NCBI GenBank assembly: GCA_038227875.1
Contig: JBBRPR010000022.1
Coordinates: 1-64,000 of the forward strand
Length of the DNA: 64,000 nt
Reading direction: 5' to 3'
Source: Planctomycetota bacterium
GTDB lineage: Bacteria > Planctomycetota > SZUA-567 > H5-PLA8
The position numbers and the translations under genes are program-made. This document shows, piece by piece, positions 26,773-36,473 of this stretch (the stretch's first letter is position 1; every line of letters starts with the position of its first letter). A model generated the notes under the pieces. It was given only the letters and a program-made list of their open reading frames with translations, was not told where the DNA came from and searched no databases.

Positions 26773-29700
26773 ATGTCTCGAGCGCGGCGATGGTTGATGT
26801 ATGCCGAAGTGCTCACACTGCTATTCGCTTTCGTCGCGCTGCCCGTCTCGGCGGCGGTGAGCGTCCAGGACGTCTTCGATTTCACGGCCTACGCGTCCGG
26901 CACCCGGCCGACTTCGCCGCTGCTTCAGGGCCTCGATGGCGCCCTCTACGGCACCACTGCCAGCGGTGGTACGTCGGGGTATGGAACAGTCTTCAAAGTC
27001 AATCCCGACGGCACCGGCTACACGACACTTCATACGTTTACGACCGTTGGAGTGGACGGACTTACGCCATATGCAGGACTGGTACAAGGCAGCGATGGCA
27101 CATTATATGGCACCACGTACGCCGGATCTTCAAGCAGCGGCACCGTCTTTAAAATCATGCCGGATGGGACAGGTTTTGCCGTGCTCCATTCGTTCCGAGG
27201 AAGTGATGGGAGCAGTCTTTTGGGCGGAGTGATCATCGGGTCCGGAGGCGTGTTGTTCGGTACGACTTATTTCGGCGGAACGTCCCATTTAGGTACTCTA
27301 TTCAAGCTGAATCCAGACGGCACCAATTTTGCCGTATTACATTCCTTCACCACCAACGGAAACGGCGGCATCTTCCCGCGATCAAGCCTGTGCCGGGCAT
27401 CTGACGGCGTGCTGTACGGCACAACCGAGCAGGGTGGCGCCTCGGGATTCGGCACGGTCTTCAAGATCAATCCCAACGGCACCGGCTACTCGGTCCTGCA
27501 TTCCTTCTCGGGCGTAAATGACGGACATCCCAATGCATCGATGATCCAAGCGGCTTTTAGCGTTCTGTATGGCACCACGCGCGACGGATCGATCTTCAAA
27601 ATCAACACCGACGGTACGGGCTATGCGGCCTTCTCGAATTTCAATCTATTTTTCCAGCGAGCACCGCTCGTTCAGGCCAGTGACGGCGATCTGTATCTTC
27701 CGACGGGCTTCGGTGTCTACAAAATCCACACGAATTTGACCGGATTTACCAGCCTTCATTCTTTCACAGGGGGAGACGCCAGCATCGCGGGCCTTATCCA
27801 ATGTTCCGACGGTTCGCTCTATGGCACGGCACAATACGGTGGAACTGCCAACATGGGTGGATTATTCAAACTCAAGACTGATGGCACGAACTATTCGCTG
27901 TTCTACCCTTTTTCAAGCGCCGGGGGCAGCGGCTACGCCCCGCAGTCTCAATTGACCTTTGGCAGCGACGGCAAGCTATACGGAGCAACCCAAAATGGCG
28001 GCGATGGAGACGCTGGCTCGTTCTTCAAAGTCAATCCCGACGGCACCGGCTACACGCAATTGTATTCCTTTTCAAACTTTTACTTTTCCGCCAATCCCAG
28101 CGCTTTGACTCTCTGCAGCGACGGTGCGCTTTATGGAGTAGCTGCTGGTGGAGCCAACGGTGATGGCGCATTATTCAAAATCGATGCGAGCGGTACGACT
28201 GTCACCACGGTCTATTCCTTTAACTATATAGGGAACGCAGGCTATTCACCCATCAAAGCGGTCATTGAAGGACTCGACGGCGCGCTCTATGGCGTGAACT
28301 ACAGCGGCGGTCTGTTCGGTGGAGGAACAGTTTATAAAATCGCAAAGGATGGAACTGGATACGTGGATATCCATTCTTTTGGATCCGCCGGCGATGGGAG
28401 CACGCCCTTCAGCAGTTTGATTCAGACCAGTGACGGCTCCCTTTACGGAACGACCAACCAGGGTGGCGCGTCGGGTAACGGCACAGTATTCAAGCTCAAC
28501 AGTGACGGCACAAATTATTCGGTGCTCCACTCCTTCGGAGTTGCCGCCGGCGACGGTCTGAGTCCCAATGGCATCATTAAAGGGAGTGACGGCGCCATCT
28601 ACGGAACCACGGGCAGCGGCGGCGCCAATTTCGGCGGCACCGTATTCAAGATCAATCAAGATGGATCTGGTTACACTTCTATATTAAGTACTCCGAACTA
28701 TTCGTTAGGCGTCAGCCCCACCGTACTGCAAGGCCCGGACGGCGCGCTGTATGGCACCTTCGGCTACGGTGGAACTCAGTATGCCGGCTCGATTTTCAAA
28801 GTGAATAGCGACGGCTCCGGGTACTCGGAAATCTATTCGTTCAACCAAGGCGATACGATCGGATACTATCTCTACTCGGGCCTGGTTAAAGGCAGCGACG
28901 ACGCCTTATACGGCGTGGCGACGCTGGGCGGAGCCAACGGCGCCGGGTCCATCTTCAAAGTTCTGGGGTATGCCGATCAGTCGATTGCCTTCGGACCGCT
29001 GGCCGATCAGACCCTAGGCGCCGCTCCGCTTTCACTCAGCGCCACCGCAAGTTCCGGCTTGCCAGTGAGCTTCGCCGTCACCGCCGGTCCGGCGACGCTC
29101 AACGGCACGACGCTCACACTGACCGGCACCGGAAGCGTGACCGTCCAGGCCACTCAAGTCGGCAACACAATTTATGGCGCGGCCGCGCCGGTCAGCCAGA
29201 CCTTCACGGTGAATCCGCTGCCGCCGGCGATCCAGACGCTCTCGTTTCCGCCCATTGCCGATCAGACCTACGGAGTCGCGCCGCTGACCTTGAACGCCAC
29301 AGCCAGCTCCGGCCTGCCGGTCACGTTCGCCATCATGAGCGGTCCGGCCAGTCTCAACGCCAACACGCTCACGATTACCGGCGTGGGCAGTATTACGGTT
29401 CAGGCGACTCAGACCGGCAACGCCAATTTCGCTCCCGCGACGCCGGTCGCCCAAACTTTCAGCGTCAATCCAGCCCAGGCGATCGTGACGCTCTCCGATC
29501 TGTACGCCACGTTTGACGGCACACCGAAGTCCGTGACATGCGCCACCACTCCGGCAGGCTTGGCCGTGAACATCACCTACAACGGTTCAACCACACCGCC
29601 GGTCAGCGAAGGAACGTATCTGGTTGTCGCGACCGTCACGGATCCAAACTACGTGGGCAGCGCGACTGGCACACTGGTGATCAGTTCCGTGCTGTCGCAG

Positions 29701-30198
29701 ACACTCGATCAGCTCGCCGGCATCGCGCCCGGCGCCGCCGCTCTACCGCAGTCCGCGAGCCTCACCGCAACCAAACTATCGATCGTGCTGAATTTCTCGA
29801 AGTCGCATTCCGATACACTGAAACTCACCGCAACATTCTCTTTGCCGCCGGGAATCCAGCTGGCCGGTCTGACGACTGGCATCGCCTGCGATGCCTTTTC
29901 AGACAAACTTCATTTGAATGCGAAAGGCAAAGTGCCGACCGGCAACTCCGCCGTGCATCTCAAGCTGACGCCGTCCGGCGCAGCAACCCTCACCTACAAC
30001 ATCCGCAACAAGGATCTGGCGACAGCGCTCGCCGCCAGCGGCCTCACAAAAACCGCCACGCCCAAATCTGGCGAACACCGCAGCCTGAATGTGGGCCTGA
30101 TGCTGAAAACCGCCAGAGGCTCCGTCTACTTCTATACAGAATCCCTGAACGTCCTCTACAAGGTGACAGGCACAATTGGAAAATGTAGTCTGAAGTAA
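26773..30198 (+). CDS. secreted tandem-repeat (GloVer/TIGR03803-like) beta-propeller protein with Ig-like and MBG stalk and C-terminal domain
   Basis: signal peptide; 14 LYGTT..GG..G.GTVFK..DGTGY..LHSF repeats; two QxIxF...ATASSGLPV repeats; MBG-like DGTPK...GTY.VVAT..DPNYVGSATGTLVI; GGAGGAG RBS. Confidence 0.9.
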   Translation: MSRARRWLMYAEVLTLLFAFVALPVSAAVSVQDVFDFTAYASGTRPTSPLLQGLDGALYGTTASGGTSGYGTVFKVNPDGTGYTTLHTFTTVGVDGLTPYAGLVQGSDGTLYGTTYAGSSSSGTVFKIMPDGTGFAVLHSFRGSDGSSLLGGVIIGSGGVLFGTTYFGGTSHLGTLFKLNPDGTNFAVLHSFTTNGNGGIFPRSSLCRASDGVLYGTTEQGGASGFGTVFKINPNGTGYSVLHSFSGVNDGHPNASMIQAAFSVLYGTTRDGSIFKINTDGTGYAAFSNFNLFFQRAPLVQASDGDLYLPTGFGVYKIHTNLTGFTSLHSFTGGDASIAGLIQCSDGSLYGTAQYGGTANMGGLFKLKTDGTNYSLFYPFSSAGGSGYAPQSQLTFGSDGKLYGATQNGGDGDAGSFFKVNPDGTGYTQLYSFSNFYFSANPSALTLCSDGALYGVAAGGANGDGALFKIDASGTTVTTVYSFNYIGNAGYSPIKAVIEGLDGALYGVNYSGGLFGGGTVYKIAKDGTGYVDIHSFGSAGDGSTPFSSLIQTSDGSLYGTTNQGGASGNGTVFKLNSDGTNYSVLHSFGVAAGDGLSPNGIIKGSDGAIYGTTGSGGANFGGTVFKINQDGSGYTSILSTPNYSLGVSPTVLQGPDGALYGTFGYGGTQYAGSIFKVNSDGSGYSEIYSFNQGDTIGYYLYSGLVKGSDDALYGVATLGGANGAGSIFKVLGYADQSIAFGPLADQTLGAAPLSLSATASSGLPVSFAVTAGPATLNGTTLTLTGTGSVTVQATQVGNTIYGAAAPVSQTFTVNPLPPAIQTLSFPPIADQTYGVAPLTLNATASSGLPVTFAIMSGPASLNANTLTITGVGSITVQATQTGNANFAPATPVAQTFSVNPAQAIVTLSDLYATFDGTPKSVTCATTPAGLAVNITYNGSTTPPVSEGTYLVVATVTDPNYVGSATGTLVISSVLSQTLDQLAGIAPGAAALPQSASLTATKLSIVLNFSKSHSDTLKLTATFSLPPGIQLAGLTTGIACDAFSDKLHLNAKGKVPTGNSAVHLKLTPSGAATLTYNIRNKDLATALAASGLTKTATPKSGEHRSLNVGLMLKTARGSVYFYTESLNVLYKVTGTIGKCSLK

Positions 30199-30356
30199 GT
30201 CGTGCGCTACTACTGACGATTCCCCCATCCCATTTGATCCCCAAGTGCCAAGAGCCTCTCCGCCCATTCCGCGCGTTGCAAACCCGCGCGCGCGCGCCAG
30301 AATCTCCACGGGGGGATGTTGATCGCTGAAACTCAACCCGATGGAGTAAACTCACT

Positions 30357-32210
30357 GTGTGCGGAATCGTCGGATACACCGGTCCCAAGAACGCGGCTGA
30401 CATTGTCCTCGGCGGGCTGCGCAAGCTAGAATACCGCGGCTACGATTCCGCCGGCATCGCCCTGCTGGAAGGCCGGGAGCTCACTGTGCTCCGCGCGGTC
30501 GGTCGCGTCGAAGCGCTCGCCGCGAAAGTCGACAGCCTCCACGCCACCGCGCACACCGGCGTCGGCCACACCCGCTGGGCCACGCACGGCCGGCCCACGG
30601 AACTCAACGCGCATCCGCACAAGGACAGTTCCGGCCGCATCGCCGTCGTCCACAACGGCATCATCGAAAACTACTCCGCGCTCCGCCAGGAACTCAGCGC
30701 CGGTGGTGCGAAGTTCGTCTCGGAAACCGATACGGAAGTCGCCGCCGTGCTCATCGGAAAACTCTACGACGGCGACCTCGTCAAAGCCGTCCAGCGCGCT
30801 ATCGAGCGCATCGACGGCACGTTCGCCTTCGGCGTCGTCTGCACCGAACACCCGGGCCTGGTCGTCGGCGCGCGCCGCGGTTCGCCGTTGGCCGTTGGAG
30901 CCGGACCCGACGGCGGCGAGATGTTTCTGGCCAGCGACGCACTCCCGATTCTTCCCTACACCAACCGCGTGCTCTATCTGGATGACGACCAGATCGTCTC
31001 ACTCGAGCCGGGAAAACTGGCGCTCTTCCAGAGCGGCAAGCCGATCGAAGCGAAGCTCCAGGAGCTGCGCTGGACGGCCGAAGAAGCGCAGCGCGGCGGC
31101 TACGCCCACTTCATGCTCAAGGAAATTCACGAACAGCCCGGCGCGCTCCGCCGCCTCACCGGCGTGCTGGTCGCGCATCCCGGCTCGACCAATCCACTCA
31201 CGCCGCCGAAGTTCAATCTCGACACGCTGCCGCTCACGTCAGAGCAGCTCCGCAAGGTCTCGCGCGTGGTCATCATCGCGCAGGGCACCGCGTTCCACGC
31301 CGGCCTCGTGGCGCGCAACATGATCGAACGGACCGCGCGCCTTCCCGTTTCCGTCGAGTACGGCAGCGACTTCCGCTACCGCGATCCGGTGATCGATCCG
31401 AGCGTCCTGGTGATCGCCGTCTCGCAATCGGGGGAAACCGCCGACACACTTGGCGCCGTGCGCCTGGCGAAAGAACGCGGCTGCACGACGCTCTCCGTGA
31501 TCAACGCCGTCGGCAGCACCATCGCCCGAGAAAGCCACGGCGTGATCTACATGCACGCGGGCCCGGAGATCGGCGTCGCCTCGACCAAGGCATTCACCGC
31601 GCAGATCGCCGCCCTGTACGTGCTCGCGATCCATCTGGGCATGATTCGCGAAACGCTCGCGCCCGCCGACGCCGTACGCCGCGTCGAAGACCTGCTCCAG
31701 GTCCCCGGCCGCGTCGAAGAAGTGCTCGCGCGAGCCGATCAAGTCGAAGCGGTCGCATTGAAATACAAGGACGCGACCAACGCGCTCTTCCTGGGAAGAG
31801 GCACGGGTTTTCCGCTCGCACTGGAAGGCGCATTGAAGCTCAAGGAAATCTCGTACATCCACGCCGAAGGCTACGACGCGGCCGAAATGAAGCACGGCCC
31901 GATCGCGCTGATCGACGAGCGCATGCCCGTCTTCGTGCTGGCGCTCAAAGGGCGCCGCTACGACAAGATCATCAGCAACATCCAGGAAGTCAAAGCACGC
32001 GGCGGCCGCGTTATCGTCATCGCCAGCCACGACGACACAGAGATCGCCAGCAAGGTCGACGACGTGATCCGCATCCACGACGACCGCGGCATCATGAATT
32101 CCATCGTCGCCACGATTCCGCTGCAACTGCTGGCGTACTACATTTCCGTCGCCCGCGGCTGTGACGTCGACAAGCCGAGGAACCTCGCCAAGAGCGTGAC
32201 GGTGGAATAG
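30357..32210 (+). CDS. glmS: glutamine--fructose-6-phosphate aminotransferase
   Basis: MCGIVG, LEYRGYDSAG, GHTRWATHG, SQSGETAD, EGALKLKEISY, PRNLAKSVTVE. Confidence 0.98.
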   Translation: MCGIVGYTGPKNAADIVLGGLRKLEYRGYDSAGIALLEGRELTVLRAVGRVEALAAKVDSLHATAHTGVGHTRWATHGRPTELNAHPHKDSSGRIAVVHNGIIENYSALRQELSAGGAKFVSETDTEVAAVLIGKLYDGDLVKAVQRAIERIDGTFAFGVVCTEHPGLVVGARRGSPLAVGAGPDGGEMFLASDALPILPYTNRVLYLDDDQIVSLEPGKLALFQSGKPIEAKLQELRWTAEEAQRGGYAHFMLKEIHEQPGALRRLTGVLVAHPGSTNPLTPPKFNLDTLPLTSEQLRKVSRVVIIAQGTAFHAGLVARNMIERTARLPVSVEYGSDFRYRDPVIDPSVLVIAVSQSGETADTLGAVRLAKERGCTTLSVINAVGSTIARESHGVIYMHAGPEIGVASTKAFTAQIAALYVLAIHLGMIRETLAPADAVRRVEDLLQVPGRVEEVLARADQVEAVALKYKDATNALFLGRGTGFPLALEGALKLKEISYIHAEGYDAAEMKHGPIALIDERMPVFVLALKGRRYDKIISNIQEVKARGGRVIVIASHDDTEIASKVDDVIRIHDDRGIMNSIVATIPLQLLAYYISVARGCDVDKPRNLAKSVTVE

Positions 32211-32367
32211 CAGCCGGACAGTGTTTCAGCCGACGTGACAGCGCGGTGCTATTTTTAGTCACGATATTGGTTATTAAGAATTTTTGAAGAAAGACGTGAC
32301 TAGTTTGCGTCGAAATGTAAACTACTGTGTTTGCGCACCGGAGTTGGCGCGCGTTTCAAGGAGTCGT

Positions 32368-33165
32368 ATGGCAGGCACTGGGGTGACAGGCGCGGAGCGG
32401 GAACGTTTGGAACCGCTAATCCGTCTGTCGAAAGTAACCAAAGAATACAACTCCGGAGCGAACCTCGTGAGAGCTGTTCGCCCCGCGTCGCTCACACTTG
32501 AAGCTGGAGAATTTGTACTCCTTCAAGGTATGTCCGGCAGCGGCAAGACGACGCTGCTCTCCATTATGGGCTGTCTACTCAAACCGACCGCCGGCCAGAT
32601 TTTCATCTGCGGCAAAGACGTCACGCGGATGAGCGAAGGACACCTCCCCGGACTGCGACTCAAGCACATCGGTTTCATCTTCCAGACCTTCAATCTCTTT
32701 CCCGCCCTAACCGCGTTCCACAACGTCGCTCTCGCACTCAAGCTGAAAGGCTACGGCTGGGGCGAACGGCGCCGACAGTCCAAGCGCCTGCTCGAACGCG
32801 TCGGGCTGTCCTCTTGCATGAACCGCAAGCCCGGCGAACTTTCCGGCGGCCAGCGCCAGCGCGTCTGCATCGCGCGAGCGCTCGCCGGCAACGTCGACTT
32901 GATCCTCGCCGACGAACCGACCGCCGCGCTAGACACAACGACCGGTCTCTCGATCATGGAACTGCTGAAGGAAGAAGTTCACTCCGGCAACAAAGCCGCC
33001 TTCGTCGTCACGCACGATCCTCGATTGGAACGCTTCGCCACCCGCGTCGACCGCATCACCGACGGCATCCTGACGATGGGCGGTCCGGTCAAACCGCAAG
33101 CACAGTCCACCAGCACGGACTCGGGAGTCTTTCCGAATCCGACTCTGGAGCACGTGCCGGCGTGA
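32368..33165 (+). CDS. ABC transporter ATP-binding protein (LolD/MacB-like), no adjacent permease
   Basis: GMSGSGKT, IGFIFQTFNL, LSGGQRQRV, LADEPTAALD, VVTHD; AAGGAG RBS. Confidence 0.92.
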   Translation: MAGTGVTGAERERLEPLIRLSKVTKEYNSGANLVRAVRPASLTLEAGEFVLLQGMSGSGKTTLLSIMGCLLKPTAGQIFICGKDVTRMSEGHLPGLRLKHIGFIFQTFNLFPALTAFHNVALALKLKGYGWGERRRQSKRLLERVGLSSCMNRKPGELSGGQRQRVCIARALAGNVDLILADEPTAALDTTTGLSIMELLKEEVHSGNKAAFVVTHDPRLERFATRVDRITDGILTMGGPVKPQAQSTSTDSGVFPNPTLEHVPA

Positions 33166-33169
33166 TCGG

Positions 33170-33202
33170 GTAGTTTTGAATTTTGAAATTAGTTTTGAGT
33201 TG
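33170..33202. repeat. GTAG-led (TTTTGAR)n heptamer array, same family as 3140-3221
   Basis: GTAGTTTTGAATTTTGAAATTAGTTTTGAGTTG; overlaps the stop codon of 33189-33614. Confidence 0.65.
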
Positions 33203-33614
33203 CGGCTGTAGCTCGCGCAGCATTCCTAATTCGCCTGCGTAAGATGACTTCAGAAACCACGACTGTTCCCACCAGTATTCCCAACCACATTGAAACTTCT
33301 GTGGCGACGAAGACGAGCCATTCGTTGTAGTACCGTTGCTTTAACGGATACCATCTCAGGATCATCGTGTCCGTCACGTGAACTCTAAATAGCGTTTCCT
33401 GGTAGTCTTTTGACTTCCTGGAATTAATCACGACGCTGTTCATCGGCCAACCATACAATTCGCAAACACCATCACTTTCCGGTGGGCCATCATGAAGCGT
33501 TGTTGGAATGAGATTCAATCCGACGATGCCACCTGTCACGATCGTCAGCGCCACGACTGTGCTCAGGTGAATCTGAAACCAACGTCGCTTCTTCGCTGGA
33601 GCGGCGGTTTTCAT
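33189..33614 (-). CDS. two-TM hypothetical protein with planctomycete-type RRWFQIHLST N-terminus
   Basis: KKRRWFQIHLSTVVALTIVTGGIVGLN, YGWP, C-terminal TM; lower GC than neighbours. Confidence 0.7.
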   Translation of the reverse strand: MKTAAPAKKRRWFQIHLSTVVALTIVTGGIVGLNLIPTTLHDGPPESDGVCELYGWPMNSVVINSRKSKDYQETLFRVHVTDTMILRWYPLKQRYYNEWLVFVATEVSMWLGILVGTVVVSEVILRRRIRNAARATAATQN

Positions 33615-33624
33615 TGGTGAGTTC

Positions 33625-34374
33625 TTAGAAGCCTCGGCCGCCTGGTCGGAAACCGCGCCGGGATCGCGGTGGGCCGAAGATTTCCAGCATCACAATCGCT
33701 TGCCGCGCGGCGTCGCGTTTGTCGGCGGGCGGAGCTGTGCGGATGGCTTGGAGCAGGTCGGGGATGGCGAAGACCTGCGCCTGAGCGGGCTGTTTCTTGG
33801 CCTGTGCGCGGATGGGCTTCACTTGCGCGGCCGGCGCTGACACGGGAATCGCCGCGATCACCGGCGGCGGCGCGGTCTGCAAGGGGCGCCGGCTTAAGTT
33901 CTCGGCCTGCCGGCGCTGCTTGGGGGTCTGTTGTTGCTGCTGTCGCTGCTGGGGCGTGGGGCCGGAGATCGATTCGAACGGCCGGTTCGGTTCTTCCGCG
34001 TTGACCGGGCGACCCACAACCGTACGGATCGTCGGCGTCGTGGATTCGGATTCCGTATCGAGCACCGTCCGGGTCGTTGGCGGCGGCTGCGTGGATTGGA
34101 TCGGCCGCGGCGGCGATGGACGCATCGTGCCGCCGCTCATGCCACTGCCGCCACCCCCGCCCTCGTCGCGTCGCTGCGCGGCCTGGCGCCGTGCCTCTTC
34201 CAGAATTTCTTCGAGCGTCTTGGGCGCACCGCCCGATTCGTCACCATACGTGTACGCGCCACGATCCTTCCGCAACGGCGGCTTGCGATTGAGTCTGGTC
34301 GTGTCGACCGTCTTCTCCGGATCCCCGAAGAAGGCTTTGAACAGCCATACGATCAACTCAATCAGAATTTCCAT
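33625..34374 (-). CDS. YqfB-like disordered partner of FloA
   Basis: N-terminal hydrophobic stretch, LEEILEEARR, P/Q-rich middle, C-terminal ARQAIVMLEIFGPPRS; directly downstream of floA. Confidence 0.7.
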   Translation of the reverse strand: MEILIELIVWLFKAFFGDPEKTVDTTRLNRKPPLRKDRGAYTYGDESGGAPKTLEEILEEARRQAAQRRDEGGGGGSGMSGGTMRPSPPRPIQSTQPPPTTRTVLDTESESTTPTIRTVVGRPVNAEEPNRPFESISGPTPQQRQQQQQTPKQRRQAENLSRRPLQTAPPPVIAAIPVSAPAAQVKPIRAQAKKQPAQAQVFAIPDLLQAIRTAPPADKRDAARQAIVMLEIFGPPRSRRGFRPGGRGF

Positions 34375-34384
34375 GTCGACGGAT

Positions 34385-34416
34385 AGGACTGAGGTCTGAG
34401 GACTGAGGACTGAGGA
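34385..34416. repeat. (GGACTGA)n heptamer array between floA and the yqfB-like gene
   Basis: AGGACTGAGGTCTGAGGACTGAGGACTGAGGA. Confidence 0.75.
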
Positions 34417-34559
34417 TATCAGCCCGCGATCACCAGCTCACTCCCGTCTCCAAACCGTGCAGTGAAGTCCACGGAACGTATTCGTTATTAGCCATTCGTC
34501 GTTTGCTGTTCGGCGTTCGGATTTATCACTCATCAATCCTAGTTCATCCTTCCGAGAGA

Positions 34560-35585
34560 TCAACCGGACGACGCGCGCTGATTCTGCCCGCCGCCGCCGA
34601 TCTGCTCGCGCATATTGGTGTCGGCCTGGATGTTCTTCATGTTGTAGTAGTCCATCACGCCCATATTGCCGCTCTGCAGGGCGTGAGCCAGCGCGCGTGG
34701 CACTTCCGCTTCGGCCAGCACGACCTTGGCGCGATTTTCGACGACCATGGCGCTCATTTCCTGTTCCTGAGCGCGGGCCATCGCGGCGCGTTTTTCGGCT
34801 TCGGCTTGCGCCATGCGCTTGTCGGCTTCGGCCTGATCGGCGCGCAGTTTCGCGCCGATGTTCTGGCCGACGTCGACGTCGGCGATGTCGATAGAGATGA
34901 TTTCAAACGCGGTCTGTGCGTCGAGGCCCTTCTCCAGCACCGTCTTGGAAATGCGGTCGGGATTCTCGAGCACTTCCTTGTGCGAAGGCGACGAACCGAT
35001 CGCCGTCACGATGCCTTCGCCGACGCGCGCGATGATCGTCTCTTCCGTCGCGCCGCCAACCAGGCGGTCGATGTTGGTGCGTACCGTCACGCGGGCTTTG
35101 ACCATCAACTGAATGCCGTCCATCGCCACCGCGTCGATGGTCTGGCGGCCTTTCGCCGGGTCGGGGCAGTCGATGACCTTGGGATTCACGGAGGTGTTCA
35201 CCGCGTCGCGGATGTCGCGGCCGGCAAGGTCAATCGCGCAGGCGCGATCGAACGAGAGCTGAATGTCGGCCTTGTGCGATGCGATTAACGCTTGAACGAC
35301 CGGCACCACGTTTCCGCCGGCCAATGCGTGAGCTTCCAGGCGGTCGGAGGAGATGTCGATGCCGGCCTTTTTGGACATGATGCGCGCGCGGGTGATCATG
35401 CGCGGATCGACGCGGCGCAACTGCATCCCGATCAGATCGAAGATGCTGATTGGCGCGCCGGAAAGCAGCGCCTGAATCCACAAACTTCCAAACCGCCAGA
35501 GTACCGTGAAGACCACCAGCATGATAATGCCGGCGACAATCAGCAGCAGCAGCCACATGCCCGTTTCGTTATTGCCATTACCCAT
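34560..35585 (-). CDS. floA: flotillin-like protein FloA (YqfA)
   Basis: [69 protein letters not shown]. Confidence 0.95.
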   Translation of the reverse strand: MGNGNNETGMWLLLLIVAGIIMLVVFTVLWRFGSLWIQALLSGAPISIFDLIGMQLRRVDPRMITRARIMSKKAGIDISSDRLEAHALAGGNVVPVVQALIASHKADIQLSFDRACAIDLAGRDIRDAVNTSVNPKVIDCPDPAKGRQTIDAVAMDGIQLMVKARVTVRTNIDRLVGGATEETIIARVGEGIVTAIGSSPSHKEVLENPDRISKTVLEKGLDAQTAFEIISIDIADVDVGQNIGAKLRADQAEADKRMAQAEAEKRAAMARAQEQEMSAMVVENRAKVVLAEAEVPRALAHALQSGNMGVMDYYNMKNIQADTNMREQIGGGGQNQRASSG

Positions 35586-35639
35586 GAACGTTCTCCGTAG
35601 TTACAGACACGCCCCATCGCACAAGAATTGGAAACTGCA

Positions 35640-36335
35640 TCAGAAATCGAAAAACTGGCCGGGCTTCAGGACCATGCATTTGTTGCCCTGCTTTTCAATT
35701 TTGAACGCGAACGTTTTCACATCGACCTTGATCAGATCAAATGTGTTGTAGTGCATCGGCACGCAGCGTTCCGCTTTCAGGAACTCGTTGGCGCGCGCGG
35801 CGTCTTCGACGCCCATTGTAAAGTTGTCGCCGACCGGCAGGCACGCCACGTCGATCTTGGTCTTCTCGGAAATCAGTGCCATGTCCGAAAACAGCGCCGT
35901 ATCGCCGGCATGATAGACCACTTTTTTGCCGAAGGTGATCAGGAATCCCACCGGCGTGTTCGGCGGCGGAGTGCTGTTGTCGGGCTGCAGGTCGCCTCCG
36001 CAGCCGTGGAAGGCCGGCGTCACTTTCACGCGGCCGAATGGAAAGTCATGCGCGCCGCCCGTCGACATCGGATGGACTGTGACGCCCTTCGGTTCCAGGT
36101 ACTGGCAGAGCTCCCACGTCGCGATGATCGTGGCTTTGTGGCGCTGCGCCAGCGGGACGGCATCGCCGAGATGATCGGTGTGGCCGTGCGTCACCAGGAT
36201 ATAATCGCACTTCTTGATCTCCGCGGACTTGATCGCCGCCAGCGGATTGCCTGTGAAGTAGGGGTCGATCAGGATGGAAAATTTCTGGTCGTGGATCTGA
36301 AATGCGCTGTGGCCGTAATACGTCAACGTCGGCAT
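35640..36335 (-). CDS. metal-dependent hydrolase, MBL fold (UPF0173-like)
   Basis: GHSAF, IDPYF, THGHTDH, YHAGDT, PMHYNTF. Confidence 0.92.
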   Translation of the reverse strand: MPTLTYYGHSAFQIHDQKFSILIDPYFTGNPLAAIKSAEIKKCDYILVTHGHTDHLGDAVPLAQRHKATIIATWELCQYLEPKGVTVHPMSTGGAHDFPFGRVKVTPAFHGCGGDLQPDNSTPPPNTPVGFLITFGKKVVYHAGDTALFSDMALISEKTKIDVACLPVGDNFTMGVEDAARANEFLKAERCVPMHYNTFDLIKVDVKTFAFKIEKQGNKCMVLKPGQFFDF

Positions 36336-36473
36336 GTTCGTCTCCCTCTCATGCGGGCGACTGGCGAAATTCCTGTGAATTCGTCGTAACTGCCCCGATT
36401 ATTGACCCAGCGTCTGCACAATGCAATTAAAAGTGCATCATAGGTTGATATTCGGGAAGAATGCGTCAAACTG

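Noticed and set aside
30200..30356. glmS ribozyme upstream of glmS (GCGCCAGAA at 30294-30302)
   Set aside because: Only this short stretch resembles the cleavage-site motif; I cannot find the remaining conserved core. A cmscan with the Rfam glmS model would settle it.
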